Shown here: one piece after another, positions 36,765 to 47,432 of the stretch
Position numbering within the stretch: the first letter of the stretch is position 1
Layout: each line of letters begins with the position of its first letter
Source: a virus
Lineage: Duplodnaviria; Heunggongvirae; Uroviricota; Caudoviricetes
Reading direction: 5' to 3' (one strand)
Length of the DNA stretch: 64,000 nt
Virus record (IMG/VR): IMGVR_UViG_3300011972_000167
The notes under the pieces: generated by a model
Seen by the model: the letters and a program-made list of their open reading frames with translations, nothing else
The model's database searches: none
What the model was told of the DNA's origin: nothing
Position numbers and translations under genes: made by a program

Positions 36765-37106
36765 ATGGATTTTGATAAGGAAAGTCATGCAGATAGTGAA
36801 GAAAGTAAAGATACTTTAGATATACTAGAATCTGTTTCAGATTCATTTATAAATGGAATGGTTTGGCATTTGTTTTCGGGTTCTATTTTGTTTTTGATAT
36901 TGTCTTTTATTTCATTCTTTATAACTGAAGAGGTAAAATCTCTTGATGAGGTTATATTTGGTTTATTGACCTATATTAAAATTGCAAGTTTAGCTCTAGG
37001 TTTAACATTTTTATTATCATTCTTTATTAGTATATTTGTATTAAGTAAAGATAAGGGAATGACAATAAAAGAGTATATAGACAGCTTAAAAAAGAAGTAT
37101 AAATAA
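36765..37106 (+). CDS. Small membrane protein
   Basis: 113 aa with two TM helices and an acidic N-terminus. Confidence 0.4.
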   Translation: MDFDKESHADSEESKDTLDILESVSDSFINGMVWHLFSGSILFLILSFISFFITEEVKSLDEVIFGLLTYIKIASLALGLTFLLSFFISIFVLSKDKGMTIKEYIDSLKKKYK

Positions 37107-37108
37107 TA

Positions 37109-37150
37109 TTAAGGCATATACATTTAATTTGTATATGCCTTAATATTATT
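37109..37150 (+). terminator. Rho-independent terminator
   Basis: TTAAGGCATATAC-ATTTAATTT-GTATATGCCTTAA (13-bp stem) followed by TATTATTTAT. Confidence 0.55.
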
Positions 37151-37201
37151 TATAGACATTGGCATAGTCTATTTATAATTAAAATTAAGGAGATTAAAAC
37201 T

Positions 37202-37876
37202 ATGAAAATTGATGGAGAAGATTTTTTAATAGTAAACTATGCTAAATTAGCTGATGACTATGCCTATTTCAGTGAAACTAAGTTGCCTACTTGGTTAGAG
37301 TTTGGAACATATTGTTTATTTAAGTTGTTTGTATGGACTTTGATTGGTGTATTCTTTTACTTAACTTTTTGGTTTATTGGTCTTTTTGGTGTTAATATAC
37401 CTGATTTGCTAATTGATTTTGTTAATAAGTTAATTAGCTTTATTTCTGGTAATAAGATAGCTTCTGTTCCCAGTTTTATGTCAGGTAAGAAAATAGCTTT
37501 TGTATTTGCTTATGTGGCTTACTTTATTAAAGAAATACATGATTTTTATATTTTGGTCTCTTATAAAATTTTTAATTATAAAAAAGGCTTAAATAGTATG
37601 CTAGAATTAGATGGAATTACATTAGATATAAGTAAAATAGCTAATTTAGTTTATATTGTGAGGTCTAATTTGATTAATATTGCTGCTAAAGATACTAAAG
37701 TATTTAATGCTACTATAGATTCAGATTCAGAATATAATAATTTTGATTTATTGGTAGATAACATATTACATAGATATTTTACAAGTAATAAATCATTAGA
37801 GTATAAGTATACAAATGAATTTAACAGAGTGTATAATCAAGTTAAGTTTGATATAGATAAATACTTTAAGAATTAA
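37202..37876 (+). CDS. Membrane protein
   Basis: 224 aa with a hydrophobic core region and RBS AAGGAG. Confidence 0.4.
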   Translation: MKIDGEDFLIVNYAKLADDYAYFSETKLPTWLEFGTYCLFKLFVWTLIGVFFYLTFWFIGLFGVNIPDLLIDFVNKLISFISGNKIASVPSFMSGKKIAFVFAYVAYFIKEIHDFYILVSYKIFNYKKGLNSMLELDGITLDISKIANLVYIVRSNLINIAAKDTKVFNATIDSDSEYNNFDLLVDNILHRYFTSNKSLEYKYTNEFNRVYNQVKFDIDKYFKN

Positions 37877-37881
37877 TTAAA

Positions 37882-37910
37882 AGAGCCTAAATACAGGCTC
37901 TTTTAATATT
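37882..37910 (+). terminator. Rho-independent terminator
   Basis: AAGAGCCT-AAATACA-GGCTCTT followed by TTAATATTT. Confidence 0.5.
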
Positions 37911-37982
37911 TATAGCTTATATATTAATTATATACTGTAAAATAGTAATAGTAATAGTATAACTTATAAAGGAGGAAACGAT

Positions 37983-38435
37983 TTGAGGGAAAGAATAGTA
38001 AAGGTATTAGCTTTTATTATAGTTATAAGTTTATTAGGAAATTCTAAAGTATATGCAAGTACTCCTATTGAAGTAAGAGCATCTGCATTAAATGGAGAGG
38101 ATATTTCAACTCATTTAGGAGATACAATAGGAAATTATAAACTTACAGGTTATTGCAGTTGTGCTATATGCAATGGTAGATGGGTCAACCAACCTACTAA
38201 ACTTGGAACAGGTTATACAGAAGATTTAACAATAGCTGTAGACCCAAGATACATACCATTAGGTTCATTTATTTGGTTAAACATTCAAGGTGTAGGTTGG
38301 AGACTATATCAGGCTCAAGATACAGGTGGGGCAATTAAAGGTAATAAAATAGATGTTTATGTGGGAAATAACCATGGAGATTGCTATAACAATAGATTTA
38401 ATGTAGTAACTGAAGTAAGAGCATACATACCTTAA
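37983..38435 (+). CDS. Secreted 3D-domain protein (MltA/YabE-like cell-wall-active domain)
   Basis: Signal peptide VLAFIIVISLLGNSKVYAS. 3D-domain signature YQAQDTGGAIKGNKIDVYVG. Confidence 0.55.
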   Translation: MRERIVKVLAFIIVISLLGNSKVYASTPIEVRASALNGEDISTHLGDTIGNYKLTGYCSCAICNGRWVNQPTKLGTGYTEDLTIAVDPRYIPLGSFIWLNIQGVGWRLYQAQDTGGAIKGNKIDVYVGNNHGDCYNNRFNVVTEVRAYIP

Positions 38436-38443
38436 TTTATAAA

Positions 38444-38480
38444 AAAGATTATTAGATTGAGTTCTAATAATCTTTTTTAA
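38444..38480 (+). terminator. Rho-independent terminator
   Basis: AAAGATTATTAG-ATTGAGTT-CTAATAATCTTT followed by TTTAAT. Confidence 0.55.
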
Positions 38481-38563
38481 TATACTGGTGTTGCTAAAAT
38501 TAATAACTTATAGTAACATATAATGTTATAATAGTATAGTTAAAAATCAATGGGAGGTTATAT

Positions 38564-39151
38564 ATGAATATATTAAATAAGTTAAAAGAAAAGATAAAGG
38601 ACAAGAAAAAGTTAGCGATAGCTATAGGTTTAGGAGTAGTTATTGTCATATTGGCTAGTACAGTAATGTTTATTGGAAAAAAGAAAGGGGTTAGTAAAAC
38701 AAACAGTACAGTTAATGTATCTGATGGAGCTACTACTTTAGATAAAAAGACTGCTAATGGTTTAGATAGCTCTGTAGCTACTGGAGAAAATGGAGAAATA
38801 TTAGGTTCAGAGGGAGAAACTTTTGAGGTTACCCTATCTCCAATGGATGAGCATAAAGCAACAGAAACGGTACCTGAGGATAATTCTAAAGATAAGCAAG
38901 AAGAAACAGCAGATATTTCAGATAACAAACTAGAGCCTGATGAAATAGAAGATGAAGCAGGAGATGGTATTGAGTATGAATTAGATTCTGAAATGGAAAA
39001 GCAAGATGCTGAGGCAGAAAGTATAGCTAAAGATTCTGATGCAGATAATGGATACTCTGGAGATGCAGCTAAGGAATTTATTTTTAAGGAACTTATGGAG
39101 AGAGACCAAGCTCAGCTAGATATGGGTATACAAAGTGGTTTAGGAGAATAA
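38564..39151 (+). CDS. Membrane-anchored, acidic extracellular protein
   Basis: N-terminal TM LAIAIGLGVVIVILASTVMFIG, then a D/E-rich region. Confidence 0.4.
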   Translation: MNILNKLKEKIKDKKKLAIAIGLGVVIVILASTVMFIGKKKGVSKTNSTVNVSDGATTLDKKTANGLDSSVATGENGEILGSEGETFEVTLSPMDEHKATETVPEDNSKDKQEETADISDNKLEPDEIEDEAGDGIEYELDSEMEKQDAEAESIAKDSDADNGYSGDAAKEFIFKELMERDQAQLDMGIQSGLGE

Positions 39152-39166
39152 GCATAGGAGAAAATA

Positions 39167-42100
39167 ATGTCAATAAGAAAAAATTTATTAAAAAGATTTT
39201 TAGCATTTAGTTTAGGAATAATAACCAGTTTATCTGTGATAAACCCAATATACGCTTCATCTCTTCCTGATTTTGGAGGGGATGTCAATTCTGGTTCATC
39301 TGGTTCTGAAAGAGCTGGTAGTTGGGCTGAATATGCACATAGATTTTTTGCATATCCTCAAAATCAAGGTATAAGAATGTATTTAGTAAAAGAGGATGGA
39401 AAGCTTGCTTCAGATGCTGTAGATATATTAATAAAGTATCCTTGGGATATAGATACTTGGACTAGTTTCGATGGAGCTCCAAGGTCAGAGTATGAAAAGT
39501 TTAAGTACAGTTTTGGATGGAGAACTTGGGAGCCAGATTGGGAAACCAATAAAAATAGAGGAATTAACAAGGAGAGTAATTTTTGTTATCTAAGTGGTAC
39601 TAAGACTACAGGGTTTAGCGAGAGATATGACTCTTGGAAATTTGATATAAAGAGTAGAGCTTCAAGAATAGGTGGGGGAGACATAAGGTATATTAAATTT
39701 GAAGATTTTAATAGAGAGCTTAGTAAAAAGTTTAATGGAGCTAATTTTGTACCTCCATCTAATTTAGTCGGAGGGCAGTTTACTAACGGAGGTCAGGTTA
39801 TTAATGACTTTCTTAAGAGTAGAACAGCTGATAATAAATTAGGTGCTCAAGTTCTTGTAGATTTAAGATTAGAGGGGCAGTTTGGAGAAGATGGCAGAGG
39901 AATAAGTCATAATGTGTATAACAATGCTGCTGGAAGTGGAACTTATCTATTTAATCTATTAGATACAAATGAAAGACAACTTGTTGATACATCTCAAAAG
40001 ACAGTATCTGCTATTATGAGAGAGAAGAAATATAAATTAGCTCTTGAGCCAATATATTTTATGGTACCAGAGCTAATAAATGTAGAGCCTGGATATAATG
40101 TTTATCCGGAAAATAGAGAATATAGTAATTCTTTTAACTGTGTAATGTATGGTACTACTTCTAGTATATTGAGAACTATTAAAGATATGATAAATTTTTA
40201 TTATAAAAGAGATGGGAATGATGGGAAAGTAGGTTTCTTTTTAAGAACTTCTACAGGTAAACCTAACTTATCTAAGATATTTGTTGGAGGAGATTGGAAT
40301 ACGGGTAATTTAGGTATTTCTACATTTCAAACAGAGAAAGAAGAGAAATTTGGTATAGGAACATCTAATCCTGTAACTATAGCTAAATTTGATGGTGTAC
40401 ATGACATAGACTTCTACGGTAAAAAATATTATTCTTTAGAGAAACTAACTGGACCTTTAGGAGTAAATACAGCAGCCTATCAAGGATATGGAATAATGTT
40501 TTACAGCTTAGATGATATTGGAACTTCGACATCTACATTTGATGAAAAAACTTATGGAAGTAATTATAGAGAGGGTTCAGCCCCTCAAACAACAAATGAT
40601 GATGGAACATTTCCAAGTGAGTATCCATCAGAGGGTACAGCTTATAAAACAGCCAACAGAGACCATAAATTTAGGATTGTTAAGTTTTATAGGGAAATAG
40701 ACGGAGATGGCAATAAGACTTGCCTAAGTAATTTTGTTAGAGAAAATACAGTGCATACTATAAATATAGTAGACGAGGGTGGTTATAAAGTAGATGGTTG
40801 GTTTACTGGGGATAGCAACAAAGTACCAACTAGCCAAAGTGAATGTTATGATACATATAAATCTAGTATACCTAGTATACAAGGTGGGGGTTCGGCTGGT
40901 TCAGTTGTAATACCTCCAGATAGTATTGAAAAAACTTTATATGTTGTTCTTACAAAGAGAATACCTAGACCACCTAAGCAAGTAACAGGAACAGCTTCTA
41001 AATTATTCTTAGAGCAAGATGAGTTGGCTTATACTTATAGCTTTTCAGATATAAGGACTTTATATTCAGTAGGTCATAAAATACCATATAGAAGAACTAT
41101 TACAAAGCGTAATGTATCAATGGATAAGAGCAGTTATAATTATGAAGTAGTTAATACAGAAAATTACGGTAATACAAATTATATAGGTTATAGAGGTAAT
41201 TTTGCTCCAAAAGAAACAGGAACAGTAAGTATAAGTGGAGATATAGATTATAGTATATCAGGAAGAACTTTAAGAATACCATCACAAAGATTAGCTGATT
41301 TATCTCCTAATTTAATGTTCTCTGTTTATAGGGATAAATCCACTGATAGAGTTACGCTATATCCAAAATACAATGATACTGTTAAATCAGAATTAACTCA
41401 AATAGGAATAACTAATGTATCTTATTCTCCAGCTCAAAACAGAGTAGGAAGAACTACTGGAAGTGGCTATTATACTTCTCAGTTCAGAGCTACTTATGGT
41501 TATAAAGTAAAAGACGGTACCATAAGATACAGTTATGATGTTAAAAGAAGTGATGGAAGTTATGACACTGTAAGTAGGAGTTTTAGCATATCTGAGGGTG
41601 TTGGAGTTATAAGTAAGTTAAGAAGTTATTATAATACAGGTATAACTACTAAGTATTACCTTGGAGAAGTTAATAATGGAGTTGAAGAGCCTAAAAGAAC
41701 AAGTAGAGAAAGGTTTGTTATAGGAGGAAAGCAGTTTGGTGGTAATTTATACTATGATTACTCTAAAGTTAACTTAGGTTTTTATCCATTTACTAGAATG
41801 AGATATCATACTGTGGCAGATACAAGTAATAAATTTGCCTTTGTAACTTCAACTAATAAAAGTACAATGTATGGAGTAACAGCAGTAGATAGTGGTGTTT
41901 ACAGGTCAAATCCAAGTTTATATGGAATAGATGTGCAATCAACTCAATGGAGTACACATACAAAAGCTGTGGATGGGTTAGCTAAAATTTTAGGAAGTCA
42001 AGTCCAACCTAGTAAGAGTTTAATACCTGGAGGTGCAACAGTAGACTTAAAATCATCTAATACATCTAGTGAAGCTAGTGAGATATGGCTAGGATTTAGA

Positions 42101-42988
42101 ACATATCAAGTATGTTTACCTGATACTTCCTATGACGCTTATATAGATAAGACAGGAATTGATAAAACCAGTGATGCATTAGCTAAAGGAAAAGCATTTG
42201 CTGATGAGGTTAAGACTGTAGTAACTGGATATAGGGTAGAAAAATTCGCTAAAGAGGGAATAGTAAAAGAGAGTAGCTTTACAGGAATAACCAAAGTTTA
42301 TCCAAGTGGAACTTTTGCAGGTAAGCAATTATCTAATGATCCAAAGTATTATTTAAGAGATGGTGTTGGAACTTCTCAATCTAATTCATTAGATATAATA
42401 GGAGAAGAGCCAGTAACTCAGGTAACTTATAAAGTTTATAAGAACTCTGCAAATAATTTATTAAATTCGAAGTTTGGAGTAATAACGGTTGAAAGAGATG
42501 GTGCTGTTATAGCCAGCGGTAATAAAACTGAGGTATTATCCAATTTAGAGGTTAAGTCTTTAGATAGCAGAACAAAAGTAATAACCAACTTAAATAATGC
42601 TTTAGATAATGGAGGAACTTCTGCTGATAGAAATAATCAGAACTGGTATTATGAGGGAAATGAGCCAATAGAAGTAGTAATGACTACATTTGCTTATCAA
42701 ATAGGTTTTGGTGGAGCAAATACTGTAAGGAGTGAGGTAGTAGACCCTAAGTTAGTTGGTACACTTGATAATAAGGCTGATTTGCTTAACTTTAACGATG
42801 ATACTCTTACTAAAAAGACAAGAACAATACAATACAAATTAAGTTCTGGTAGTGCAAATGCGATGGGAAGTGGAGCTAACTATATGGGAACTTTTAACAA
42901 TATAAAAGTAGTAATACCTGGAATGACGGATGTATTCAAGTCAAGATTGCATTATATGGGTAATAATACTGTTCAAGATTTGAATTAA
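39167..42988 (+). CDS. Giant secreted protein (1273 aa), function unknown
   Basis: Signal peptide LLKRFLAFSLGIITSLSVINPIYASS with RBS AGGAG. No TM after the signal. Followed by a terminator. Confidence 0.5.
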   Translation: MSIRKNLLKRFLAFSLGIITSLSVINPIYASSLPDFGGDVNSGSSGSERAGSWAEYAHRFFAYPQNQGIRMYLVKEDGKLASDAVDILIKYPWDIDTWTSFDGAPRSEYEKFKYSFGWRTWEPDWETNKNRGINKESNFCYLSGTKTTGFSERYDSWKFDIKSRASRIGGGDIRYIKFEDFNRELSKKFNGANFVPPSNLVGGQFTNGGQVINDFLKSRTADNKLGAQVLVDLRLEGQFGEDGRGISHNVYNNAAGSGTYLFNLLDTNERQLVDTSQKTVSAIMREKKYKLALEPIYFMVPELINVEPGYNVYPENREYSNSFNCVMYGTTSSILRTIKDMINFYYKRDGNDGKVGFFLRTSTGKPNLSKIFVGGDWNTGNLGISTFQTEKEEKFGIGTSNPVTIAKFDGVHDIDFYGKKYYSLEKLTGPLGVNTAAYQGYGIMFYSLDDIGTSTSTFDEKTYGSNYREGSAPQTTNDDGTFPSEYPSEGTAYKTANRDHKFRIVKFYREIDGDGNKTCLSNFVRENTVHTINIVDEGGYKVDGWFTGDSNKVPTSQSECYDTYKSSIPSIQGGGSAGSVVIPPDSIEKTLYVVLTKRIPRPPKQVTGTASKLFLEQDELAYTYSFSDIRTLYSVGHKIPYRRTITKRNVSMDKSSYNYEVVNTENYGNTNYIGYRGNFAPKETGTVSISGDIDYSISGRTLRIPSQRLADLSPNLMFSVYRDKSTDRVTLYPKYNDTVKSELTQIGITNVSYSPAQNRVGRTTGSGYYTSQFRATYGYKVKDGTIRYSYDVKRSDGSYDTVSRSFSISEGVGVISKLRSYYNTGITTKYYLGEVNNGVEEPKRTSRERFVIGGKQFGGNLYYDYSKVNLGFYPFTRMRYHTVADTSNKFAFVTSTNKSTMYGVTAVDSGVYRSNPSLYGIDVQSTQWSTHTKAVDGLAKILGSQVQPSKSLIPGGATVDLKSSNTSSEASEIWLGFRTYQVCLPDTSYDAYIDKTGIDKTSDALAKGKAFADEVKTVVTGYRVEKFAKEGIVKESSFTGITKVYPSGTFAGKQLSNDPKYYLRDGVGTSQSNSLDIIGEEPVTQVTYKVYKNSANNLLNSKFGVITVERDGAVIASGNKTEVLSNLEVKSLDSRTKVITNLNNALDNGGTSADRNNQNWYYEGNEPIEVVMTTFAYQIGFGGANTVRSEVVDPKLVGTLDNKADLLNFNDDTLTKKTRTIQYKLSSGSANAMGSGANYMGTFNNIKVVIPGMTDVFKSRLHYMGNNTVQDLN

Positions 42989-43009
42989 TTAGTGTAGTGA
43001 ATTAAATTA

Positions 43010-43053
43010 ATAAGGTACATATTATATTTTTAAGTATGTACCTTATTTTTTAG
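43010..43053 (+). terminator. Rho-independent terminator
   Basis: AATAAGGTACATA ... TATGTACCTTATT followed by TTTTTAG. An isolated copy of the array motif GTAGTGAATTAAATT lies just upstream (42994-43008). Confidence 0.5.
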
Positions 43054-43077
43054 ATTAAAAGCAAGGAGATTGCATAT

Positions 43078-44202
43078 ATGAAAATAGAGTATATGAAAAA
43101 TATGTTGATTGATAGACTTATAGGGTTAGATTATATATACACTAGTGATTTTATAACAAAAATGAAAAATTATATTTCAGATGAAGAAGATATAGAGAAG
43201 TTAAAGGATTTAGATGGCTTCATCACAGATAGGGTATACCTAGATTATTTTAAGGGCAACATTCAAGAAAAATTAGCTGAACATTCTATATCTATTTTTG
43301 AGGTAAAAAATATGATTAAAAATAGTAGTAGAGGTGTTATAGGGGATAAAGAGAGTGTTTATTTGGGGAGAGATTTTTTATATAGTAGAGGTTTTAATTC
43401 GGGTGTAGTAGAAAAAGATATAGACAAAGTTAAAGTTGCTGACAATTATAAAAATGCTGATAGCTATGCGGAAGATAAAGAAGATGAGATAGACATTGAC
43501 TTGAATGATGAGGATAGCATAGATTCAGATAGTTTATATGATAATGGAGAAGATGACAGCGACAAAGATGAGATAGACATTGATTTAGAAGAGGACTTAG
43601 AAGAAGAGGATAAAACGGACATAGACCTAGGGGATGATGAAGATGAAATAGACATTGACTTAGAAGATGATGACAGTGATGAAGATTACTTAGAAGAAGA
43701 TGACTTATTAGAAGAAGATGACTTTGAAGAAGATGATGAAATAGATATAAACCTAGAAGAAGATGAAGATGACATAGAATTTGATTATGAAGATAATGAT
43801 TTTTCAGAAGATGACAGTGATAAAGATGAGATAGACATAGACTTGGAAGAAGATGATGAAGATGACATATACTTAGAAGATGGGAATGACAGTGATGAAA
43901 TAGACATAAACCTAGAGGATGAAGATGATATAGACATTGATTTAGAAGATGATGACAGTGATGATATAGACATTGACCTAGAGGATTATGACAGTGATGA
44001 AGTAGATATTAATTTAGAAGAAGATGAAGAAGAATATAACATAGATACAACACATAGCAATACTCCAAAACCTAAGGAAAACAAGCAACAACCTGAAAAT
44101 AGAGTTAAAGAAAAGGTATTTAATAATAATTTTTCAAATAATACTTGGGATATACTGAATGGAGCAGTAGATGGAGTGTCAAATTTCTTTAAGAGAAAAT
44201 AA
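43078..44202 (+). CDS. Hyper-acidic tandem-repeat protein (DEIDIDLEED-type repeats)
   Basis: Residues about 130-320 are made of 12 or more degenerate copies of D(E/D)IDI(D/N)LE(E/D)D separated by short acidic linkers. The DNA repeat region is about 43480-44040. Confidence 0.5.
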   Translation: MKIEYMKNMLIDRLIGLDYIYTSDFITKMKNYISDEEDIEKLKDLDGFITDRVYLDYFKGNIQEKLAEHSISIFEVKNMIKNSSRGVIGDKESVYLGRDFLYSRGFNSGVVEKDIDKVKVADNYKNADSYAEDKEDEIDIDLNDEDSIDSDSLYDNGEDDSDKDEIDIDLEEDLEEEDKTDIDLGDDEDEIDIDLEDDDSDEDYLEEDDLLEEDDFEEDDEIDINLEEDEDDIEFDYEDNDFSEDDSDKDEIDIDLEEDDEDDIYLEDGNDSDEIDINLEDEDDIDIDLEDDDSDDIDIDLEDYDSDEVDINLEEDEEEYNIDTTHSNTPKPKENKQQPENRVKEKVFNNNFSNNTWDILNGAVDGVSNFFKRK

Positions 44203-44716
44203 GTTAGCCAGTAATAAATTTATAAAAGACATATTATGTTTATGTGGTGATAGAGTTTTTAGGTTAGATAAGTTTAGTAACAGTATTGATATTATTAAAG
44301 AATTACTGGAATATTATAATAAAGATACTAGTCATAGTAAATATATATTAAATAAAACTATAACATTAGCATTTGATAAAGATAGCTTAAGGGTTGATAG
44401 GGAGATACTGTCAACTAAAGGAGATGTTGTAAGACTTGCTATAGTATCTGATAATAGGTGCATAGGAATTTTAAGTTTTACTTATGTAAGAGATAGGAGT
44501 TATGAAATCAGTTATTTTATTGCCAGCTGTTACAGAGGGAATAGCAACATATCTAGTTTATTAGATAAAGTAAAGTACATAGCAATAAAAAATAATATCA
44601 GTTTATTTGCTAGGGTAAAAGATAATAATTTTAAGTCAAGACATCTTATAGAAAATCATTTGCAATTAAAGTTTATGTGTAAAGATAAGAACAATATTAG
44701 TGTTTTTGGAGGATAG
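44171..44716 (+). CDS. Hypothetical protein
   Basis: 181-aa ORF overlapping the upstream gene's end. Confidence 0.3.
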   Translation: MECQISLRENKLASNKFIKDILCLCGDRVFRLDKFSNSIDIIKELLEYYNKDTSHSKYILNKTITLAFDKDSLRVDREILSTKGDVVRLAIVSDNRCIGILSFTYVRDRSYEISYFIASCYRGNSNISSLLDKVKYIAIKNNISLFARVKDNNFKSRHLIENHLQLKFMCKDKNNISVFGG

Positions 44717-44720
44717 TTGT

Positions 44721-45827
44721 ATGGAAAAAGTTATAAATGGACAGTTGATAGATATAGGGGATATAAGATTATTTGAGTTAGGCTTAGAGGGATTGTCTAT
44801 AAATAAGGTTGCTATTAATAATATAAATATAGAACTTAAGGATGATGAAAACATAAATAAATGTATAGAAATATATAATCAAGCCTATAGAAAATTACCA
44901 TTTCCTCTATACTCTATAGAAACCAACTTAAAGTATAGCTGTATAGCTAATTTAATGAAAGAACAATTAAAATTTGATTGCAAGCTTTGGGTAAACAAGT
45001 GTTTGTGTATTTATATAGTAGATTCAAAGCTATTAGTAAAGTTTATAGGGAATACTTGGTGCATAGAGTACGTAGAAGAGCCTTATAAAGATAATACTGA
45101 TTTAGATTTATATAAAAAAGATGTTGGATATGCAGAGTTTAGTTGGATTTTGGAAAATAAAGATAAAGATGGGTTGGCATTAGAGTTTTATCAAGAGTTT
45201 ATGAGTGATTTACTTAGAGCCTGTGGAAACAATGCTAACATAATGGTTAAGGAGTTTTCAAAAATATTAGACTTTGAGGTTGTTCCTGAACAAGTTAAAA
45301 TAAAAGATAATCATATATTAGATTGCAGTTTTCAAGATGAGTATTATGTTGATATTTATTGTAATGAACTATTAGAAACTAAGACTGAACAATACTCTAT
45401 AGATTTAACAGAAGATAATAGTGAAATAACTTCTGAAGTTGCCTTAGAGCCAGTATATTCATTAGATGTATACAAAAAAACTCAATTAAAAGATGGCAGA
45501 TTAGATAGTTTAGGTGCTTTAGAAATAGATGAGGATTTATCTGATAAACTTTATAATTTGTTGGATATAGAGGTAGACACTGAGTTAAAGGGAGTAAAGA
45601 TAGGCAATCTTATATTTTTAGAAATTAATGATACTATAACTTATCTGAATTTATTAAATAACAAATATAGTAGGGTAGGAACTGGTATAAGTATTTATAG
45701 TTTTAATATAAATTGTATGTATTTTCTTAGGCAACAATTAATAAGAGATAAGACTTATAAAAATATAATTTATAAATATAATTTATCTAATGGCAACATA
45801 AGTATAGCAAAAATAACATTCAGCTAG
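44721..45827 (+). CDS. Hypothetical protein (start moved to the ATG with RBS)
   Basis: GGAGG at 44708-44712 then ATG at 44721 (MEKVINGQ...). The ORF-track start at 44700 lacks an RBS and overlaps the upstream gene. Confidence 0.4.
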   Translation: MEKVINGQLIDIGDIRLFELGLEGLSINKVAINNINIELKDDENINKCIEIYNQAYRKLPFPLYSIETNLKYSCIANLMKEQLKFDCKLWVNKCLCIYIVDSKLLVKFIGNTWCIEYVEEPYKDNTDLDLYKKDVGYAEFSWILENKDKDGLALEFYQEFMSDLLRACGNNANIMVKEFSKILDFEVVPEQVKIKDNHILDCSFQDEYYVDIYCNELLETKTEQYSIDLTEDNSEITSEVALEPVYSLDVYKKTQLKDGRLDSLGALEIDEDLSDKLYNLLDIEVDTELKGVKIGNLIFLEINDTITYLNLLNNKYSRVGTGISIYSFNINCMYFLRQQLIRDKTYKNIIYKYNLSNGNISIAKITFS

Positions 45828-45835
45828 GGGAAAAG

Positions 45836-46567
45836 ATGTTTAATAATATTTTAGAAATTACAGAGTGTATAAATAAGGATGTTAATATAGCTTCGTCTCA
45901 TGTAACTTCTATAGGGGATAAAGTTTGTATTGAATTGTATACTAATTGGTTTAGTTACTTTGAAGCTATTAAAGATGACGAATTTTTAGAGGAAAAGCTC
46001 AAGGACTTATTAAATAGAATAGGAACACTTGTAAAATTAAATAATTATATAAGTGGAAAATCTAGTTTATTGGACTTAAAATTTATTTATAGTAGAAATG
46101 ATTATATAACTATGATAGATTATGATAAAATAGAGATATACTTATGTAAGGAAAGTATAAACAGATTACCCTTAGATGCTTTAGAAACTGAAGTAATGGC
46201 AGATAGTTTATTAGACAGTATAAACATAGTAGAATTATTAAAATACTTAAGTGAGAAGAAGATATTAGACAGCTATAAAAATATTTTTTCAGCATTATCT
46301 CGTGGAATGAATACTATTAATGATGTTATAAGTGCTGTAAAAGGTAAATCAAAGGGTAAATTAACTACTAAAGTTTTGTTAATGGTAGAGGATTTAGCAA
46401 TAATAGCTTTGTTAGATATAGATATTTTATTAGATACTAGAAATATTAGTGTTAGTTTATTAGATGATAAGGTTATATCTTTAGATACTGGCGCTGTATT
46501 GTCTGATGATACAATAAGAAGTGTGATTATAGATAGAACAACTGCTCATTTAAGAAATAGCATTTAG
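45836..46567 (+). CDS. Hypothetical protein
   Basis: 243-aa ORF with RBS GGGG. Confidence 0.35.
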   Translation: MFNNILEITECINKDVNIASSHVTSIGDKVCIELYTNWFSYFEAIKDDEFLEEKLKDLLNRIGTLVKLNNYISGKSSLLDLKFIYSRNDYITMIDYDKIEIYLCKESINRLPLDALETEVMADSLLDSINIVELLKYLSEKKILDSYKNIFSALSRGMNTINDVISAVKGKSKGKLTTKVLLMVEDLAIIALLDIDILLDTRNISVSLLDDKVISLDTGAVLSDDTIRSVIIDRTTAHLRNSI

Positions 46568-46584
46568 TTTTTGGAGGATAAAGT

Positions 46585-47280
46585 ATGGATTTTGATGATA
46601 ATGATTTAGATGACATTCTTAATGATTTTGACGGAGAAGATGACAGTGGTTTTGAGAATTATGACGAGGAAGAGGTAGACTCTTTTGGTGGTAACCTTTC
46701 AGATGAAGAAGATATCTTAAGTGATTTTAGTGATAACAGCAATCAAGATACTCCTCCACGACCTCCTGTTGATAAAAAGAGGGCTTTAATTATAGGTGGC
46801 ATTGGATTATTTTTAGTATTGGCTGTATTTATAGTTGCAGGCTTTATAAAGTCAGCTAAAGAAAAGAAAGCCACATTAGAGGAAAGTCAAGTTTATGAGG
46901 AAACACAACAAGAGATAAGCAGTCAGCATAGCATAGTTGAAACTCCTGTGCAACAGTCAGTTCAACAACCAGTACAACAGCTAATACAAGCAGATGGAGA
47001 TTGGACGGTTATAGAGGCTGATAAGACAATTAATTTAGACTCCGAGGTTACTGCTGTTTTCACTGTTACTGGTATAAGGCACTTAGCTAAGCAAACTGGA
47101 GTAGAAACTGCTGTTAAATCAATAGCAACAGGTAGTATATCAGGTTTATCAGGAACTTATGATATAGAGTTGCCATACTCTTTGGCTAGATTTGTGACAG
47201 TAGGAACTACTTTGAAACTTAAATATAAAATAGGTCAAATAAATGGGCAAAGTGTGGTAAGTGATTTGAAAATAGAGTAA
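46585..47280 (+). CDS. Protein with acidic N-terminus, single TM and C-terminal extracytoplasmic domain
   Basis: DFDDNDLDDILNDFDGEDD..., then ALIIGGIGLFLVLAVFIVAGFI (TM). Confidence 0.4.
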   Translation: MDFDDNDLDDILNDFDGEDDSGFENYDEEEVDSFGGNLSDEEDILSDFSDNSNQDTPPRPPVDKKRALIIGGIGLFLVLAVFIVAGFIKSAKEKKATLEESQVYEETQQEISSQHSIVETPVQQSVQQPVQQLIQADGDWTVIEADKTINLDSEVTAVFTVTGIRHLAKQTGVETAVKSIATGSISGLSGTYDIELPYSLARFVTVGTTLKLKYKIGQINGQSVVSDLKIE

Positions 47281-47357
47281 ATAAGGGTAAATAGAATAGT
47301 AGCCAAGTTTGTTAGAAGATAACTTTGATAAAATTAGTATAAAATTATAAAAAGTAC

Positions 47358-47386
47358 TTGACAACCTAGGTTATATAGATTATAAT
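47358..47386 (+). promoter_or_regulatory. Consensus sigma-A promoter
   Basis: TTGACA - 17 nt - TATAAT (perfect hexamers, optimal spacing), 46 nt upstream of the ATG at 47433. Confidence 0.55.
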
Positions 47387-47432
47387 AAAGATAAGTAATT
47401 AAGTAATAAATATTTTAAGGAGGCAATTTTTT

